This document shows, piece by piece, positions 1 through 9,067 of a DNA stretch of 64,000 nt. Each line of letters begins with the position of its first letter. Position 1 is the stretch's first letter. This DNA comes from an uncultured virus (IMG/VR IMGVR_UViG_3300046718_000884). Lineage: Duplodnaviria > Heunggongvirae > Uroviricota > Caudoviricetes. Under the pieces are notes generated by a model. It was given only the letters and a program-made list of their open reading frames with translations, was not told the origin of the DNA and made no database searches. Location of the stretch: IMG/VR virus record IMGVR_UViG_3300046718_000884. The stretch is one strand, 5' to 3'. The position numbers were made by a program, and so were the translations under genes.

Positions 1-107
1 AGGAGCGCACGGGCGACAACGTCGCGGTGCGCAACTGGGACCGCCAGACCAAGGTCGCGGCGCTGGTGGAGAGCAAGCTGTGGCAGGACATCGAGGCAAC
101 CGGCTGA
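1..107 (+). CDS. 3' end of a hypothetical protein (runs in from outside the window)
   Basis: Open frame from nt 3 (ERTGDNVAVRNWDRQTKVAALVESKLWQDIEATG) to TGA 105-107, GC-rich codon usage. Confidence 0.55.
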   Translation, partial: ERTGDNVAVRNWDRQTKVAALVESKLWQDIEATG

Positions 108-115
108 AATGAATA

Positions 116-148
116 GCCGGTCGAGGGAGATCTGCTCCCTCGACCGGC
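116..148. repeat. perfect 14-bp inverted repeat (hairpin, no U-tract)
   Basis: GCCGGTCGAGGGAG (116-129) / CTCCCTCGACCGGC (135-148), intergenic. Confidence 0.85.
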
Positions 149-182
149 GCCGACTCCATCAACCCCAATTGGAGGCTAGCCC

Positions 183-467
183 ATGTGGCTTCCCAATTCA
201 ATAATTGCCGACGTCGCCCGCGTGGCGCGCGTGCATTACGTCGATCGTGCCGCCTGCGTGCGCTGGAACCAATACCGCGAGGCCGACGAGCTGCGCCTGC
301 TGTCGGGCTGGTGCTGGACGGCGAAGAATCGTTCGACGTTCCGTCAGGGCTTCAAGTCCATGACCGTGGCCTACCGCGACGCGTGGTATACCCTGGTCAA
401 GCGCGAGGCGGCGCCGCCGATCGCGCGGTCCAGGCTGCGCGTGGTGCAGCACGATCGGGTGGCGTGA
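183..467 (+). CDS. hypothetical phage protein
   Basis: GGAGG SD upstream; TGATG coupling to next ORF. Confidence 0.7.
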   Translation: MWLPNSIIADVARVARVHYVDRAACVRWNQYREADELRLLSGWCWTAKNRSTFRQGFKSMTVAYRDAWYTLVKREAAPPIARSRLRVVQHDRVA

Positions 468-775
468 TGGCCGGCGTCAGGTCCACCTCATGGATGCGCT
501 GCGGCCAGGGCGACGTCACGGACGACGACGTGCTCGTGTGGTTATGCACCGGCGAAGGCCTCACCATACAGATCGCCGATAAAGGTCACCGGGGGCGCCG
601 GCACATTATCACCGTGCCCTATGAGGTGCTCGACGGCATCGCCGAGCAGCGCCACGGCATCAAGAAACTGCACCAACATCTGATCATACTCGGGCGAGTG
701 CTGAAAGACATCGGCAGGATCTCCGAAGGTGCCAGCTACACAATCGAACCAGAAGCAACCGAGGAGGCTGCGTGA
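467..775 (+). CDS. hypothetical phage protein (MAGVRSTSW...)
   Basis: ATG overlaps previous stop; C-terminal part of track ORF 185..775. Confidence 0.65.
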   Translation: MAGVRSTSWMRCGQGDVTDDDVLVWLCTGEGLTIQIADKGHRGRRHIITVPYEVLDGIAEQRHGIKKLHQHLIILGRVLKDIGRISEGASYTIEPEATEEAA

Positions 776-981
776 TGACTGACGAGGCGCTATTCGAAAT
801 CTGCCACGTCTACGCGGCCACGCTGTGCCTGCAGCGCGCGCTGCTGCACACCACCGATGCCCAGTTGTTCGACGCGCTCGACGCGATCAAGCGGATCATG
901 GAGATCGACACCGAGATCACCGACTCCGACGTCGTAATGGCGCGCGCCGGGATCGTTCGCCCCGAGGAGTGTGCAAAATGA
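772..981 (+). CDS. hypothetical phage protein
   Basis: GAGGAGG SD, stop/start overlap chain. Confidence 0.7.
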   Translation: MMTDEALFEICHVYAATLCLQRALLHTTDAQLFDALDAIKRIMEIDTEITDSDVVMARAGIVRPEECAK

Positions 982-1199
982 AAACCAACCCGAAACATCT
1001 TGCCGATGCCTACCTGCTGGCGGCGATGGTCGACCACTATCTGGTCCGCGTCACACCCGCCACGCGCGACGAGATCGCGACGGCGCAGCAGATCCTGATC
1101 ACCATGGATAACGCGGTGAACAACGAGAACCGCGCCGTCAGCTGCGCGCTCGACATGATCGAGCAGGATCTGCGCGAGCTGGAGAGGAGTGCGTCATGA
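978..1199 (+). CDS. hypothetical phage protein (MKTNPKHL...)
   Basis: GAGGAG SD, ATGA overlap; in frame of track ORF 825..1199. Confidence 0.7.
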   Translation: MKTNPKHLADAYLLAAMVDHYLVRVTPATRDEIATAQQILITMDNAVNNENRAVSCALDMIEQDLRELERSAS

Positions 1200-1495
1200 A
1201 CATGCGGGACCGAATCGAAAACCTCGAAACCAAGGTCGATGCGTTCATCCGCCAACTGGAGAGATTGAACAAATTGCCTGACGCGATCACCGATGTCGCG
1301 AAGCAGATCGCGGCGGCGATACTGCCGAAAAACCAGAACGCCACCAACTTCCTCGCCATGGCGGTCGTCATGCGCGTTGTTGTGGAGGAGATGCCACCAA
1401 CCCTACGGGTCATCGCCATGGCGGCGTTCTGCAAGCTGGTGCTGGAGATGGACACAAACGACAGCGAGTACGACGACGACGAGGACGCGGCATGA
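1196..1495 (+). CDS. hypothetical protein, paralogue of next ORF
   Basis: SD and ATGA overlap; C-terminus AFCKLVLEMD resembles TFCRLVLELD of next ORF. Confidence 0.7.
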   Translation: MNMRDRIENLETKVDAFIRQLERLNKLPDAITDVAKQIAAAILPKNQNATNFLAMAVVMRVVVEEMPPTLRVIAMAAFCKLVLEMDTNDSEYDDDEDAA

Positions 1496-1755
1496 ACGAC
1501 GAAACAGAAGCAGTATTTTCCGAGCAGGTTGACGGGATGCTGACGATCCTGAGCGACAGCTTAAGCGACGCGCATGCCGCAGAGGCCAGCCAGCTCACCG
1601 AGCAGATCACCGATCTGATGCACGAACGATACAACATCGTCGTCATGATGGCGCTCGCCTCGGCGTTGAGTGCGTTTCTCTCCGACGTGCCGGTCACGCA
1701 GCGCGGCGTCACCCTGGCGACGTTCTGCCGCCTCGTATTGGAGCTGGACATATGA
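1492..1755 (+). CDS. hypothetical protein, paralogue of previous ORF
   Basis: ATGA overlap; shared C-terminal motif. Confidence 0.7.
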   Translation: MNDETEAVFSEQVDGMLTILSDSLSDAHAAEASQLTEQITDLMHERYNIVVMMALASALSAFLSDVPVTQRGVTLATFCRLVLELDI

Positions 1756-2294
1756 CCGAACAAACCCCGCCACCGGGATCGTTCGACTGGATCGTCGGCG
1801 GCACCGCGCTGCACGCGGTCGACGTGCCGTTGGCGGAGGGATCGCAGGTCCGCACGCTGCGCGTCGAGATCACCGCGCGCGCCCGGGTGGCGCCCAACCG
1901 GCCCTGGGGTTACATCCTGTTGGGCTGGGGCCTGATGGTGCTGGCATTGCTGGGGGTGATCGCCATCAACCCCGCCCACAGCCAACCGATCGACCTGTCC
2001 GGCCCGCCGCTGCCGAGGGAACCGGCCAGGGAACCGCCCAGGGAGGTGCCACGGGGCGTCTGGGTGCCGCCGGTGGATGGCGGCAGGGGGTGGGGCGAAC
2101 CACGCCCTGCGCCGCGTCCCATGCCCGCCTGGGGGCCGCCGCCGCCCACCTGGGGCTGGCGGCCAGCGCCGGCCTGGGGCCAGCAGGAACCCGGTCGCAC
2201 CACCAGCTACAGCTACTACACCCGCCCCGACGGCACGATGGGCCGCTGCGCGGTGTCGCAGTGGCGCAGCGAGCCGACCATGCGGTGCGAGTGA
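1752..2294 (+). CDS. membrane-anchored proline-rich protein
   Basis: One hydrophobic helix (YILLGWGLMVLALLGVIAI) followed by a Pro/Trp-rich region. Confidence 0.6.
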   Translation: MTEQTPPPGSFDWIVGGTALHAVDVPLAEGSQVRTLRVEITARARVAPNRPWGYILLGWGLMVLALLGVIAINPAHSQPIDLSGPPLPREPAREPPREVPRGVWVPPVDGGRGWGEPRPAPRPMPAWGPPPPTWGWRPAPAWGQQEPGRTTSYSYYTRPDGTMGRCAVSQWRSEPTMRCE

Positions 2295-2755
2295 TGTCCC
2301 CAACACCCGCCGACATCGCCCGCTGCGGCCACATCATCGTCTTCCTGCGCGAACAGCTGGAACGGCGCGGCTGGACGGTGCGCGATCTCTCGCTGGCGCT
2401 GGCGCTGGCGCCGGAAAGCACCACCGCTTACGCGTGGCTGCGCGGCACCAGCGCTCCCGGCCCCACCCTGCGGAACAAGCTGAGCGCGCTGTTCAACGTA
2501 TCGCCCGAGATGTTCCTGCCAAAGGCGCGCGACGAACGGGTGCCGCCCGCCGAGGCCCCGGTAAAGATCAGCCGGACGCTGCCGGCAGCATCGGCGCGCC
2601 ACGAGGTGCTGAGCTTCACCGTCGGCTCGGACGGCAATGCCAGGATCAGGCTGGACGCGACGATGCCGCTGGCGAGCGCCACGCCGTTGCTGCGCATGCT
2701 GCTCGACGCGGGTCTGGCGTTCAGTCCGGTGGAGCCGGAGGCGGTATCCGCATGA
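2294..2755 (+). CDS. XRE/Cro-CI family HTH transcriptional regulator
   Basis: LREQLERRGWTVRDLSLAL...TAYAWLRGTSAPGPTLRNKLSALFNVSPE fits the XRE HTH pattern; ATG 2294 overlaps previous stop. Confidence 0.75.
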   Translation: MSPTPADIARCGHIIVFLREQLERRGWTVRDLSLALALAPESTTAYAWLRGTSAPGPTLRNKLSALFNVSPEMFLPKARDERVPPAEAPVKISRTLPAASARHEVLSFTVGSDGNARIRLDATMPLASATPLLRMLLDAGLAFSPVEPEAVSA

Positions 2756-2954
2756 CGCGCGCGTCGAGGATGTCGAGGTAGTGCAGCATGGCGCTGAGCT
2801 GCTGGGTCAGCAGGGTGGCGTCTTCGCCCGGCAGGTTGGCCAGCTTACCGGGTTCCTGAACGAACGTCTGTAGCGCGATGACGCGCTCGCGCAGCCCGTC
2901 GCGCTCGGCCAGCAGGCGGTTCTGCCAGTCTTCAGTGTAGGATATGTCGCTCAT
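2721..2954 (-). CDS. small helical phage protein (crAss001_48-like)
   Basis: WQNRLLAERDGLRERVIALQTF...LLTQQLSAMLHYLDILDARV resembles a widespread phage family. Confidence 0.6.
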   Translation of the reverse strand: MSDISYTEDWQNRLLAERDGLRERVIALQTFVQEPGKLANLPGEDATLLTQQLSAMLHYLDILDARVMRIPPPAPPD

Positions 2955-3135
2955 CGTCGGCCTCCTCGACGCCTGCCTTCAGGTCTTCAATGGCATGCAG
3001 CAGCGACGCGGACAGCCGCAGCGCGAACATTGCCAGACAAGCGGGACAGCCGGCGACGTGCTTGTCGAGTGCGCCGAGCCGCACGGTGATCGCGTCGTCT
3101 TCCTCCACCACCGTCGCGCGCAGCAGCAGCCTCAT
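2932..3135 (-). CDS. hypothetical protein with CxxC
   Basis: ATG 3135 overlaps upstream stop; HVAGCPAC. Confidence 0.55.
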   Translation of the reverse strand: MRLLLRATVVEEDDAITVRLGALDKHVAGCPACLAMFALRLSASLLHAIEDLKAGVEEADDERHILH

Positions 3136-3400
3136 CGGTCGATCCCCCTGGCCAGCACGAGCATCCCCTCGTCGGTGAGACACAGTATCGGATCGCCCAC
3201 CTCAAGGTCGTATTGGGCGCGTTTCACGTCAGCCTCGGTCGCGGTGCGCCATGTCGCCAGACCGCTGCGCTCGATGATCTTCTCCAGGTTGTAGGCTTCC
3301 AGCTCGCTGGACTCGATGAACGCCTCCCAGACCTGCGCGAACACGAACGCCAGCGGATCGCGCGGCGGCAGCGGTCGCCTCGCCAAGCTCAGTATCCCGC
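3132..3400 (-). CDS. hypothetical protein (start uncertain)
   Basis: Coding-like C-terminal part of track ORF 3132..3464 fills the gap in the operon. Confidence 0.5.
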
Positions 3401-3631
3401 CTCGGTGGCCGCCTGCTCGCTCTCGATCTCGGCGCGCCAGAACAGGATCGCGCAACGCTGGCACAGCAGCGCGGTTCTGCCCGGATGATGGAAATTGCCC
3501 GGCAGCACCAGCGCCGATTCAAACGGCGCCAGCGGCGTATGGCAATGCGAGCAATCGTAGACGTCTTCCGGCGAATAGCGCACGCGAGACTGATCGTATT
3601 TCAGCGGCTGGACGTTGAGGTTTTTTTTCAC
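3389..3631 (-). CDS. small zinc-finger-like protein
   Basis: CSHC...CQRC; GTGA overlap. Confidence 0.55.
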   Translation of the reverse strand: MKKNLNVQPLKYDQSRVRYSPEDVYDCSHCHTPLAPFESALVLPGNFHHPGRTALLCQRCAILFWRAEIESEQAATEAGY

Positions 3632-4197
3632 GGCGTCAGTCTCCTGCCTCGCGCGATGTCATCTTTTATTTCGCTTTTGTAGAACTCCACCAGCCGATCG
3701 AGGATCACCATCAGCTTCCGCTTTTCGGTTTCCGCGTGCAATGGCGGCATGACGCGGCGCGTCCACTCGCGCAGGCTGGCGTTCTTCAGCAGGATGATCT
3801 CGATCATCACGAGCTGCGGCATGGAGAACAGCATCATCACCCGGCGCACCGCGCGCACGGCCCGCATCTGCTCGATCGCCGATTGGCCGAGGCCCCAGCG
3901 CGGCAGCGGGAACTGTGCCACGTAGATCAGCGGACGTTCGGCGGAGTAGCCGAGCACGGCGAGGTCGACCTGCTCGCGCAGCTTGTCCACCGCCATGATG
4001 TGGCGCTCGGTGATGCCGGAGGCCGGGTGGCCGCTCATGCGGCGCAAGGGGCAGTACGTTCGCCAGCCGTGGATCTTGCGCGGCGCCTTCGATGAATTGG
4101 GCCGGATATCGTCAGGGTCCGTCCAGTCGGCGCGCATGGCGTGGCGCGGCGGCGGGCCTTCCGAGTCGAGCGGCGGCAGGGTCTTGGCGCGCGCCAT
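3628..4197 (-). CDS. putative phage transcription activator/antiterminator (DUF6456-like)
   Basis: GITERHIMAVDKLREQ...AVRRVMMLF...LREW...LDRLVEFY resembles alphaproteobacterial phage DUF6456 proteins; located at end of replication operon. Confidence 0.45.
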   Translation of the reverse strand: MARAKTLPPLDSEGPPPRHAMRADWTDPDDIRPNSSKAPRKIHGWRTYCPLRRMSGHPASGITERHIMAVDKLREQVDLAVLGYSAERPLIYVAQFPLPRWGLGQSAIEQMRAVRAVRRVMMLFSMPQLVMIEIILLKNASLREWTRRVMPPLHAETEKRKLMVILDRLVEFYKSEIKDDIARGRRLTP

Positions 4198-4301
4198 CAA
4201 CGCCGCAGCTTGTCGAACAGCCAGCAGACCAGCAGGCCGGCGGCAGCACCGCCGGTGATCCACAGCGAAATGGCTACAGTCACGTCGTCAGCTGGCGGCA
4301 T
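4197..4301 (-). CDS. small membrane peptide
   Basis: MPPADDVTVAISLWITGGAAAGLLVCWLFDKLRR; one TM; TGATG coupling. Confidence 0.45.
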   Translation of the reverse strand: MPPADDVTVAISLWITGGAAAGLLVCWLFDKLRR

Positions 4302-4309
4302 GGTTTGTC

Positions 4310-4741
4310 CTAATGCAGTGTGCTGAACGTGCGCGGATCGAAATCGAGCGGCTGCACCAGATTGATCGCGAGATCGCCGCTGCCGATGTTTTCGTCCCAG
4401 ATCGTGCAGCAGCCCAGGCCACCGACGAAGCCCATTTCGCGCGCCAGCATCCACACCGCCTCCGGTGTCGGCACGCGACCCCGGCGACGCGAGGAGACGC
4501 TGATGTGACGGCACGTGCCCACCGGGTGGCCGGTCTCGACGCTGAACGTCACGTAGAACATCGACGGGATCTTGGTGCTGTAGAGCTTCATGCGTTCCAG
4601 ATGCGCCGCGTGGCCATCCTGGGTCTTGATCAGCTCGCGCACCTTCAGCACATCGATCGGGTTGAGGGTGGCGAAGTCACGCAGCGCGTGCAGGATGATC
4701 TTCTGCTCCGCACCGATGATCAGCGCCGAGGCCGCCATCAC
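4310..4741 (-). CDS. hypothetical phage protein
   Basis: 143-aa ORF in operon with GTGA overlap. Confidence 0.65.
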   Translation of the reverse strand: MMAASALIIGAEQKIILHALRDFATLNPIDVLKVRELIKTQDGHAAHLERMKLYSTKIPSMFYVTFSVETGHPVGTCRHISVSSRRRGRVPTPEAVWMLAREMGFVGGLGCCTIWDENIGSGDLAINLVQPLDFDPRTFSTLH

Positions 4742-5385
4742 GGCGCGCCGATCTTGGCGAGCGCCATCATGCGGCGATAGCCGTCGATCGTGTAGGCGCG
4801 ATCCTCATCCGACGTCTTCACAGTGCGGTTGCGATGCACCCCTAGGATGCGCTGCTTTTCGTCGCGCGACACCGGCTTGCCGTCGGCGTCCAGGCACAGA
4901 TGATGCACATGCACCGGGGCGCCGTCGGCGTCGAAGGCGAATGTGGCCATGGCTTTGGTTTGCTCGTCCCAGCCGAAGCCCTTGTGCGGCGGGTCCAGAA
5001 AATTCGCCTTCAGCCCGCCCGGTATCAGCTTGATGGTGCCGTAAACCAGATACAGCTTGCCGCCCTCCTCGTTCACGCTCTGCACGCCATCCCGCGCGAT
5101 GTGGTCCACCGCGATCGTCATCAGGCCGCCGGTCTTGGTCACATCGCGCATCTGGCTGAGCGACTGCGCCTTGGTGGTGATCAGCGCCAGGGCGGTGAAA
5201 TACTCATCGCCGTTCTCGGCGTGATCGTTGTCATCGACCCTGAACAGCCAGAAGCGCGAGCCGTCCTCGATCTGGTAGCGGCGCGGTGGCGAGCCGAGGA
5301 ACATGATCGTCCCGCCGCGCAGATCGCCGCCATCGACGCGGATCTCGGCGGCCAGATCGATGATCTTCATGCCGGTCGGCGCCAT
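4738..5385 (-). CDS. hypothetical phage protein
   Basis: 215-aa ORF in operon. Confidence 0.7.
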   Translation of the reverse strand: MAPTGMKIIDLAAEIRVDGGDLRGGTIMFLGSPPRRYQIEDGSRFWLFRVDDNDHAENGDEYFTALALITTKAQSLSQMRDVTKTGGLMTIAVDHIARDGVQSVNEEGGKLYLVYGTIKLIPGGLKANFLDPPHKGFGWDEQTKAMATFAFDADGAPVHVHHLCLDADGKPVSRDEKQRILGVHRNRTVKTSDEDRAYTIDGYRRMMALAKIGAP

Positions 5386-5772
5386 TCATTCCCCCTTCTG
5401 CCAGCGCGCGAACGCGTCCATATCGCCCGGGTCAGCCGCCGGCCCATCGCCGTTCTGTATGACGGCGAGGAGTCGATGCACGTCTTCCGCTTCGATGATG
5501 CGCTGGCCGTCGTCCAGCACGTGGCAGCGCAGCGTCACGCCGAACACGGTGAACGTGCCGGCCCAGATCGATTTGGGGATGCTCGCTTCCACGCCCGACT
5601 CCTCGGTCAGATGCGCCAGGATCTTCCGGCGCGCCAGCCGGCATTCTTCCTCCACCGCGCGCCACCGCGACACCCGCATGCCGCCAATCGATACCGCGCT
5701 GCCGCCCAGGGCAAGGCGACAAACACGCTCCAGCTTGTCGGCCAGCTCTATCAGCAGCTCATAGTCGGTCAT
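5386..5772 (-). CDS. hypothetical protein with antirepressor/P63C-N-like C-terminal segment
   Basis: WAGTFTVFGVTLRCHVLDDGQRII motif. Confidence 0.55.
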   Translation of the reverse strand: MTDYELLIELADKLERVCRLALGGSAVSIGGMRVSRWRAVEEECRLARRKILAHLTEESGVEASIPKSIWAGTFTVFGVTLRCHVLDDGQRIIEAEDVHRLLAVIQNGDGPAADPGDMDAFARWQKGE

Positions 5773-5942
5773 CGCGCCGGGGCTGGCGGCGGCATCGGCA
5801 CGAAGCAGATCGCCGTGCTCAGGATCTTGCCGTCGTGGCTCGTGATCAGGTCGCGGTAGATCCAGCCGCCCGGCACGCGGATGCGCTGCAGCTCAGTCGT
5901 GGGCGTCTCATGCACGAATTGCCACGTCTCGCTGCTGCTCAT
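5769..5942 (-). CDS. small hypothetical phage protein
   Basis: MSSSETWQF...RIRVPGGWIYR...FVP; ATGA overlaps at both ends. Confidence 0.6.
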   Translation of the reverse strand: MSSSETWQFVHETPTTELQRIRVPGGWIYRDLITSHDGKILSTAICFVPMPPPAPAR

Positions 5943-7456
5943 GCCCCTGCCCCCGCAAACTGCTCCTGCTGCTCCTTGAGCCGCCAGTAGACCCATCCAG
6001 GCTTGTAACCGTGCGCCTTGGCGTAGGCCGTCAGCTCAGCCTCGCTGCGAGGCCGCGCCAGCAACTTACGATAGGGCAGCCGCGTGATGTAGTCGAAGCG
6101 GTCGGGGAGGTATTCCGCCATCTCGGCGTTGTCCGCCTGCAGGATGCGCCGGCGTGGCCGAGGAGCCTCGCAGGCCGAGCAGAACTCGGTGCGGCCCGAG
6201 TTCAGCGTGCGGCAGTCGCGATCGGCGCACAGCCAGGGCTTGGGCGCGCCGCAGACGGCGCAGTCCTGCCGGCCCGGCCCATTGAGCACGTTGCAGTCGA
6301 AGCACGCCCACGGCTCGGGGGGTTTTTTCGTGGTGTCCTTGTCGACACCGTCGAGCGACCACGCCACCGGCTCGGTGGGCAGGCCGTGGGTCAGGCAGTT
6401 CCTGGCGTGGTCGAGCACCACCAGCGCCGAGCCGTCGGCCTTGGGCCGCATGCCGCGCCCGATCTGCTGGAAACACATGGTCAGGCTCTGGGTTGGCCGC
6501 AGCAAAATCACGCAACCAACTGATGGCACGTCGAGGCCCTCGGAGATGATCTCGCACGAGGTCACCACCTGAACTTCGCCCGTGGCGAGGCCCTGGAGCG
6601 CCGCATCGCGCTCGGGCTTGGGCATATCGCCGTAGACCGCCTGCGCCGCGTAGCCTGCTGCAGCGAACGCGGCGGCCACGTTTTTCGCGTGCGCCACGGT
6701 GACGCAGAACACGATCGCCGTGGTGCCGGCGGGCAGCCGTTTGAACTCCTCGACCGCGTCGCCGGTCACGCCCTCGGCGCGCTCGGCCAGCTCATCCTCG
6801 GCGTAGTCGCCGGCCACCTTGCGCACGCCGCGCACGTCGATCGCCGCCGCCGGCAGGTAAACCCGCAGCGGCGCGAGGTAGCCGCCATCCACCAGCGCCT
6901 GGGTCGCTGGACCGGTCACCAGGGCGTCGAACGGCCCGCCGGCATGCGTGCCCAGCCCCTTGCCGTCGAGCCGCTGTGGCGTGGCTGTGACGCCCAGGAT
7001 TTTGGCCTTGGGCTGGCTGGCCAGCAGCGCCGCCCAGGTCTTGCTCACCGCGTGGTGCGCCTCGTCCGCCACGATCAGGCCGAACTGCGGCAGCTTGTCG
7101 AGACGCCGCACCACGGTCTGGATGCTGGCGACCTGCACCATGGCATCGTGGTCGCGATCGAGGCCGGCGGCGATGATGCCGTGTGGCACGCCGGTCCAGG
7201 TCAGGTTGGCCGAGGCCTGCGCCACCAGCTCACGCCGGTGCGCCAGGACGAGCGTGCGGATGTTCTTGGCTGCCGCGCCCTTCACGATGGCGCTGAATAC
7301 GACGGTTTTGCCGCCGCCGGTGGCGAGCTGATAGAGCGGGGCCTTGGCACCCGAGCGGTAGGCGTCGCGGAGCTTGGCGAGATCCTCGCGCTGATAGTCG
7401 CGCAGCACGAGCGGCGGGGATGTTTCACGGGAAACGTCGGGGGTGGTGGCGTCCAT
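5939..7456 (-). CDS. superfamily 2 DEAD/DEAH helicase with two C4 zinc fingers
   Basis: LRDYQ, ATGGGKT (Walker A), DEAHH, TATP, SEGLDVP, QQIGRGMR; two W-x-C..C-x3-N-x6-C-x2-C fingers. Confidence 0.92.
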   Translation of the reverse strand: MDATTPDVSRETSPPLVLRDYQREDLAKLRDAYRSGAKAPLYQLATGGGKTVVFSAIVKGAAAKNIRTLVLAHRRELVAQASANLTWTGVPHGIIAAGLDRDHDAMVQVASIQTVVRRLDKLPQFGLIVADEAHHAVSKTWAALLASQPKAKILGVTATPQRLDGKGLGTHAGGPFDALVTGPATQALVDGGYLAPLRVYLPAAAIDVRGVRKVAGDYAEDELAERAEGVTGDAVEEFKRLPAGTTAIVFCVTVAHAKNVAAAFAAAGYAAQAVYGDMPKPERDAALQGLATGEVQVVTSCEIISEGLDVPSVGCVILLRPTQSLTMCFQQIGRGMRPKADGSALVVLDHARNCLTHGLPTEPVAWSLDGVDKDTTKKPPEPWACFDCNVLNGPGRQDCAVCGAPKPWLCADRDCRTLNSGRTEFCSACEAPRPRRRILQADNAEMAEYLPDRFDYITRLPYRKLLARPRSEAELTAYAKAHGYKPGWVYWRLKEQQEQFAGAGA

Positions 7457-7487
7457 GTCCTTGTCGATCTGGTTTCTAGCTCACCCT

Positions 7488-7564
7488 CCATAGCACACAG
7501 AGTGTTTCACTGTCAAACGGCAAAACCAGACATTCTGGCCTGACACTTTGGCCTGACATTCTGT
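7488..7564 (-). promoter_or_regulatory. candidate helicase-operon promoter with three upstream 13-bp tandem repeats
   Basis: TTGACA on minus (7516-7511), GCTATG about 17 nt downstream; repeats CCAGACATTCTGG/CCTGACACTTTGG/CCTGACATTCTGT at 7526-7564. Confidence 0.55.
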
Positions 7565-7629
7565 CCGGTCGTTCGCGATTCGTGCTGGTCCGCGAATCGT
7601 TATGCCGGCAAGTGCCGGCATGCCGTGCT

Positions 7630-7830
7630 TCACCACCCGCTCTTGGTCATCGTCCGCGCGCCCATCGCCAGCGCACCAGCCATCATGCTCACGGCGACCA
7701 GCACCGCCAGCCACGGATGCTCAGGCATCAGCCAGCCGATCAGCAACCCGCTGCCGGCGGTGAACACCACGAACACCACCACCTTGCCCAGGCCGAGCGC
7801 CAGGGCGCGGTAAGCCTGCCAGAACGTCAC
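7630..7830 (-). CDS. small two-TM membrane protein
   Basis: GTG start overlapping upstream stop; two hydrophobic stretches. Confidence 0.5.
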   Translation of the reverse strand: MTFWQAYRALALGLGKVVVFVVFTAGSGLLIGWLMPEHPWLAVLVAVSMMAGALAMGARTMTKSGW

Positions 7831-8045
7831 ACAAGCGTTCCGGATCGCACGCCGTGGATCTTCAGCGGTTGCACGCCATGAGGCGGTGGATCGCAAACGA
7901 GACAGCGCCAACCTCTACCACCAAGCCAGAGAAATACTGTCTGGCATTGACATAATGGCCAAAGGTGACTCGCCACGATCCGATGCGGCAGCGCACGCAA
8001 TCGCTCCACGCGTTCCATAAATGTAGAATCGTCGTCAGGGTCCAC
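7827..8045 (-). CDS. small Cys-containing hypothetical protein
   Basis: GTG start after AGGGA; CQC...WRCLVC. Confidence 0.5.
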   Translation of the reverse strand: MDPDDDSTFMERVERLRALPHRIVASHLWPLCQCQTVFLWLGGRGWRCLVCDPPPHGVQPLKIHGVRSGTLV

Positions 8046-8055
8046 GGTTGTTTCC

Positions 8056-8253
8056 CTATCGCCTCGGGTTCTTCTTGGTCCTCGGCATCGGCACATAGGG
8101 CGCCGGCACCCACGTGGCAGCCACCAGGGCGCGGTGGGTGGCGCACGCCCACATCGGCTTCTGTGGTGGCAGGCCGAAGCCAAAAGGGCTGTGGGGCCGT
8201 GCGCAGATGTGGCAGCGCTGGGGATCAGGCGATGAGGGCGCGGGCATTGGCAA
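8056..8253 (-). CDS. small zinc-finger-like phage protein
   Basis: CHIC...PFGF...WACATH. Confidence 0.55.
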   Translation of the reverse strand: MPMPAPSSPDPQRCHICARPHSPFGFGLPPQKPMWACATHRALVAATWVPAPYVPMPRTKKNPRR

Positions 8254-9049
8254 TCTCAGCCTCGATCTCGCGCACGGTGATCAGCTTGCGGCCATTGGCC
8301 TTGAACATGGCGCGGACGGTTTCCAACGGCACCACGGCGGCAAACCGATCGATCACCAACACCCAGGCGCGGAGACGCTCCATCTGACGCATGACGGTCG
8401 GAAAATCATCGCCGAGCGACGGCTTGATCTCGATCTTCCAGTCACATCCCTGAAGCACGCGGAGGTAATGTCGGTCTGTGACGTCCAACTCTGGCAAAAA
8501 GAACCGCCAGTGTTCCGTGGCGGAGTCATAGGGAGCGGGCGCGGTGAAACGGAGCATCAGCAACACATCGACGCCACGCTGTTCAAATAGCACCCTGGCG
8601 TTGAAATGGGCCTGGATCGGGGTCGTCTCCAAAATCTGCCGACGCCGTTCCTCGCGCTCAGCATCGATCTTCGGAAGCGCCTCCCGGCTGGCGTAATTAG
8701 ACTTCCGATCAAGCTCCATCATCGCCGGATCGTGCATTCGCTCGATCGCAACGTTGACCGCCGCCTCCCGGTAGCGATCCAGCTTGGTCCCTGTGCTCAG
8801 CACAAATGCCGCCTGAAACAACGGGTCGAGGAACCGTGCCTGGATCAGATTGTGCTCGGGCGTGTCATCGCTCGCGGCGCCCCTGGTCAGCAGAGCCGCG
8901 TGTAGCTCGGCGAACCGCTCGGCGAACCACGCTTGGCCCAGCATCCATTCGGCATACTGCGGATCGCTCGACAGCACGTCCGCGACGGTGCGGCCTTTGT
9001 GCTTGCCGAACGGCAGGATCATCGCGCTTGGCTCGGGCTTAGCAACCAT
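8225..9049 (-). CDS. DUF3820/ExoX-C-like N-terminal domain fused to PD-(D/E)xK-like nuclease domain
   Basis: LPFGKHKGRTVADV...DPQYAEWM; GVDVLL...IEIKPSLGDDFPTVMRQM. Confidence 0.6.
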   Translation of the reverse strand: MVAKPEPSAMILPFGKHKGRTVADVLSSDPQYAEWMLGQAWFAERFAELHAALLTRGAASDDTPEHNLIQARFLDPLFQAAFVLSTGTKLDRYREAAVNVAIERMHDPAMMELDRKSNYASREALPKIDAEREERRRQILETTPIQAHFNARVLFEQRGVDVLLMLRFTAPAPYDSATEHWRFFLPELDVTDRHYLRVLQGCDWKIEIKPSLGDDFPTVMRQMERLRAWVLVIDRFAAVVPLETVRAMFKANGRKLITVREIEAEIANARALIA

Positions 9050-9067
9050 GGGTTGTTACTCCGGTTG

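Noticed and set aside
185..466. Upstream extensions of track ORFs (185, 825, 1670, 14842, 30007, 32321, 42205, 47561)
   Set aside because: They overlap better-supported genes; internal starts with SD or stop/start coupling were chosen instead.
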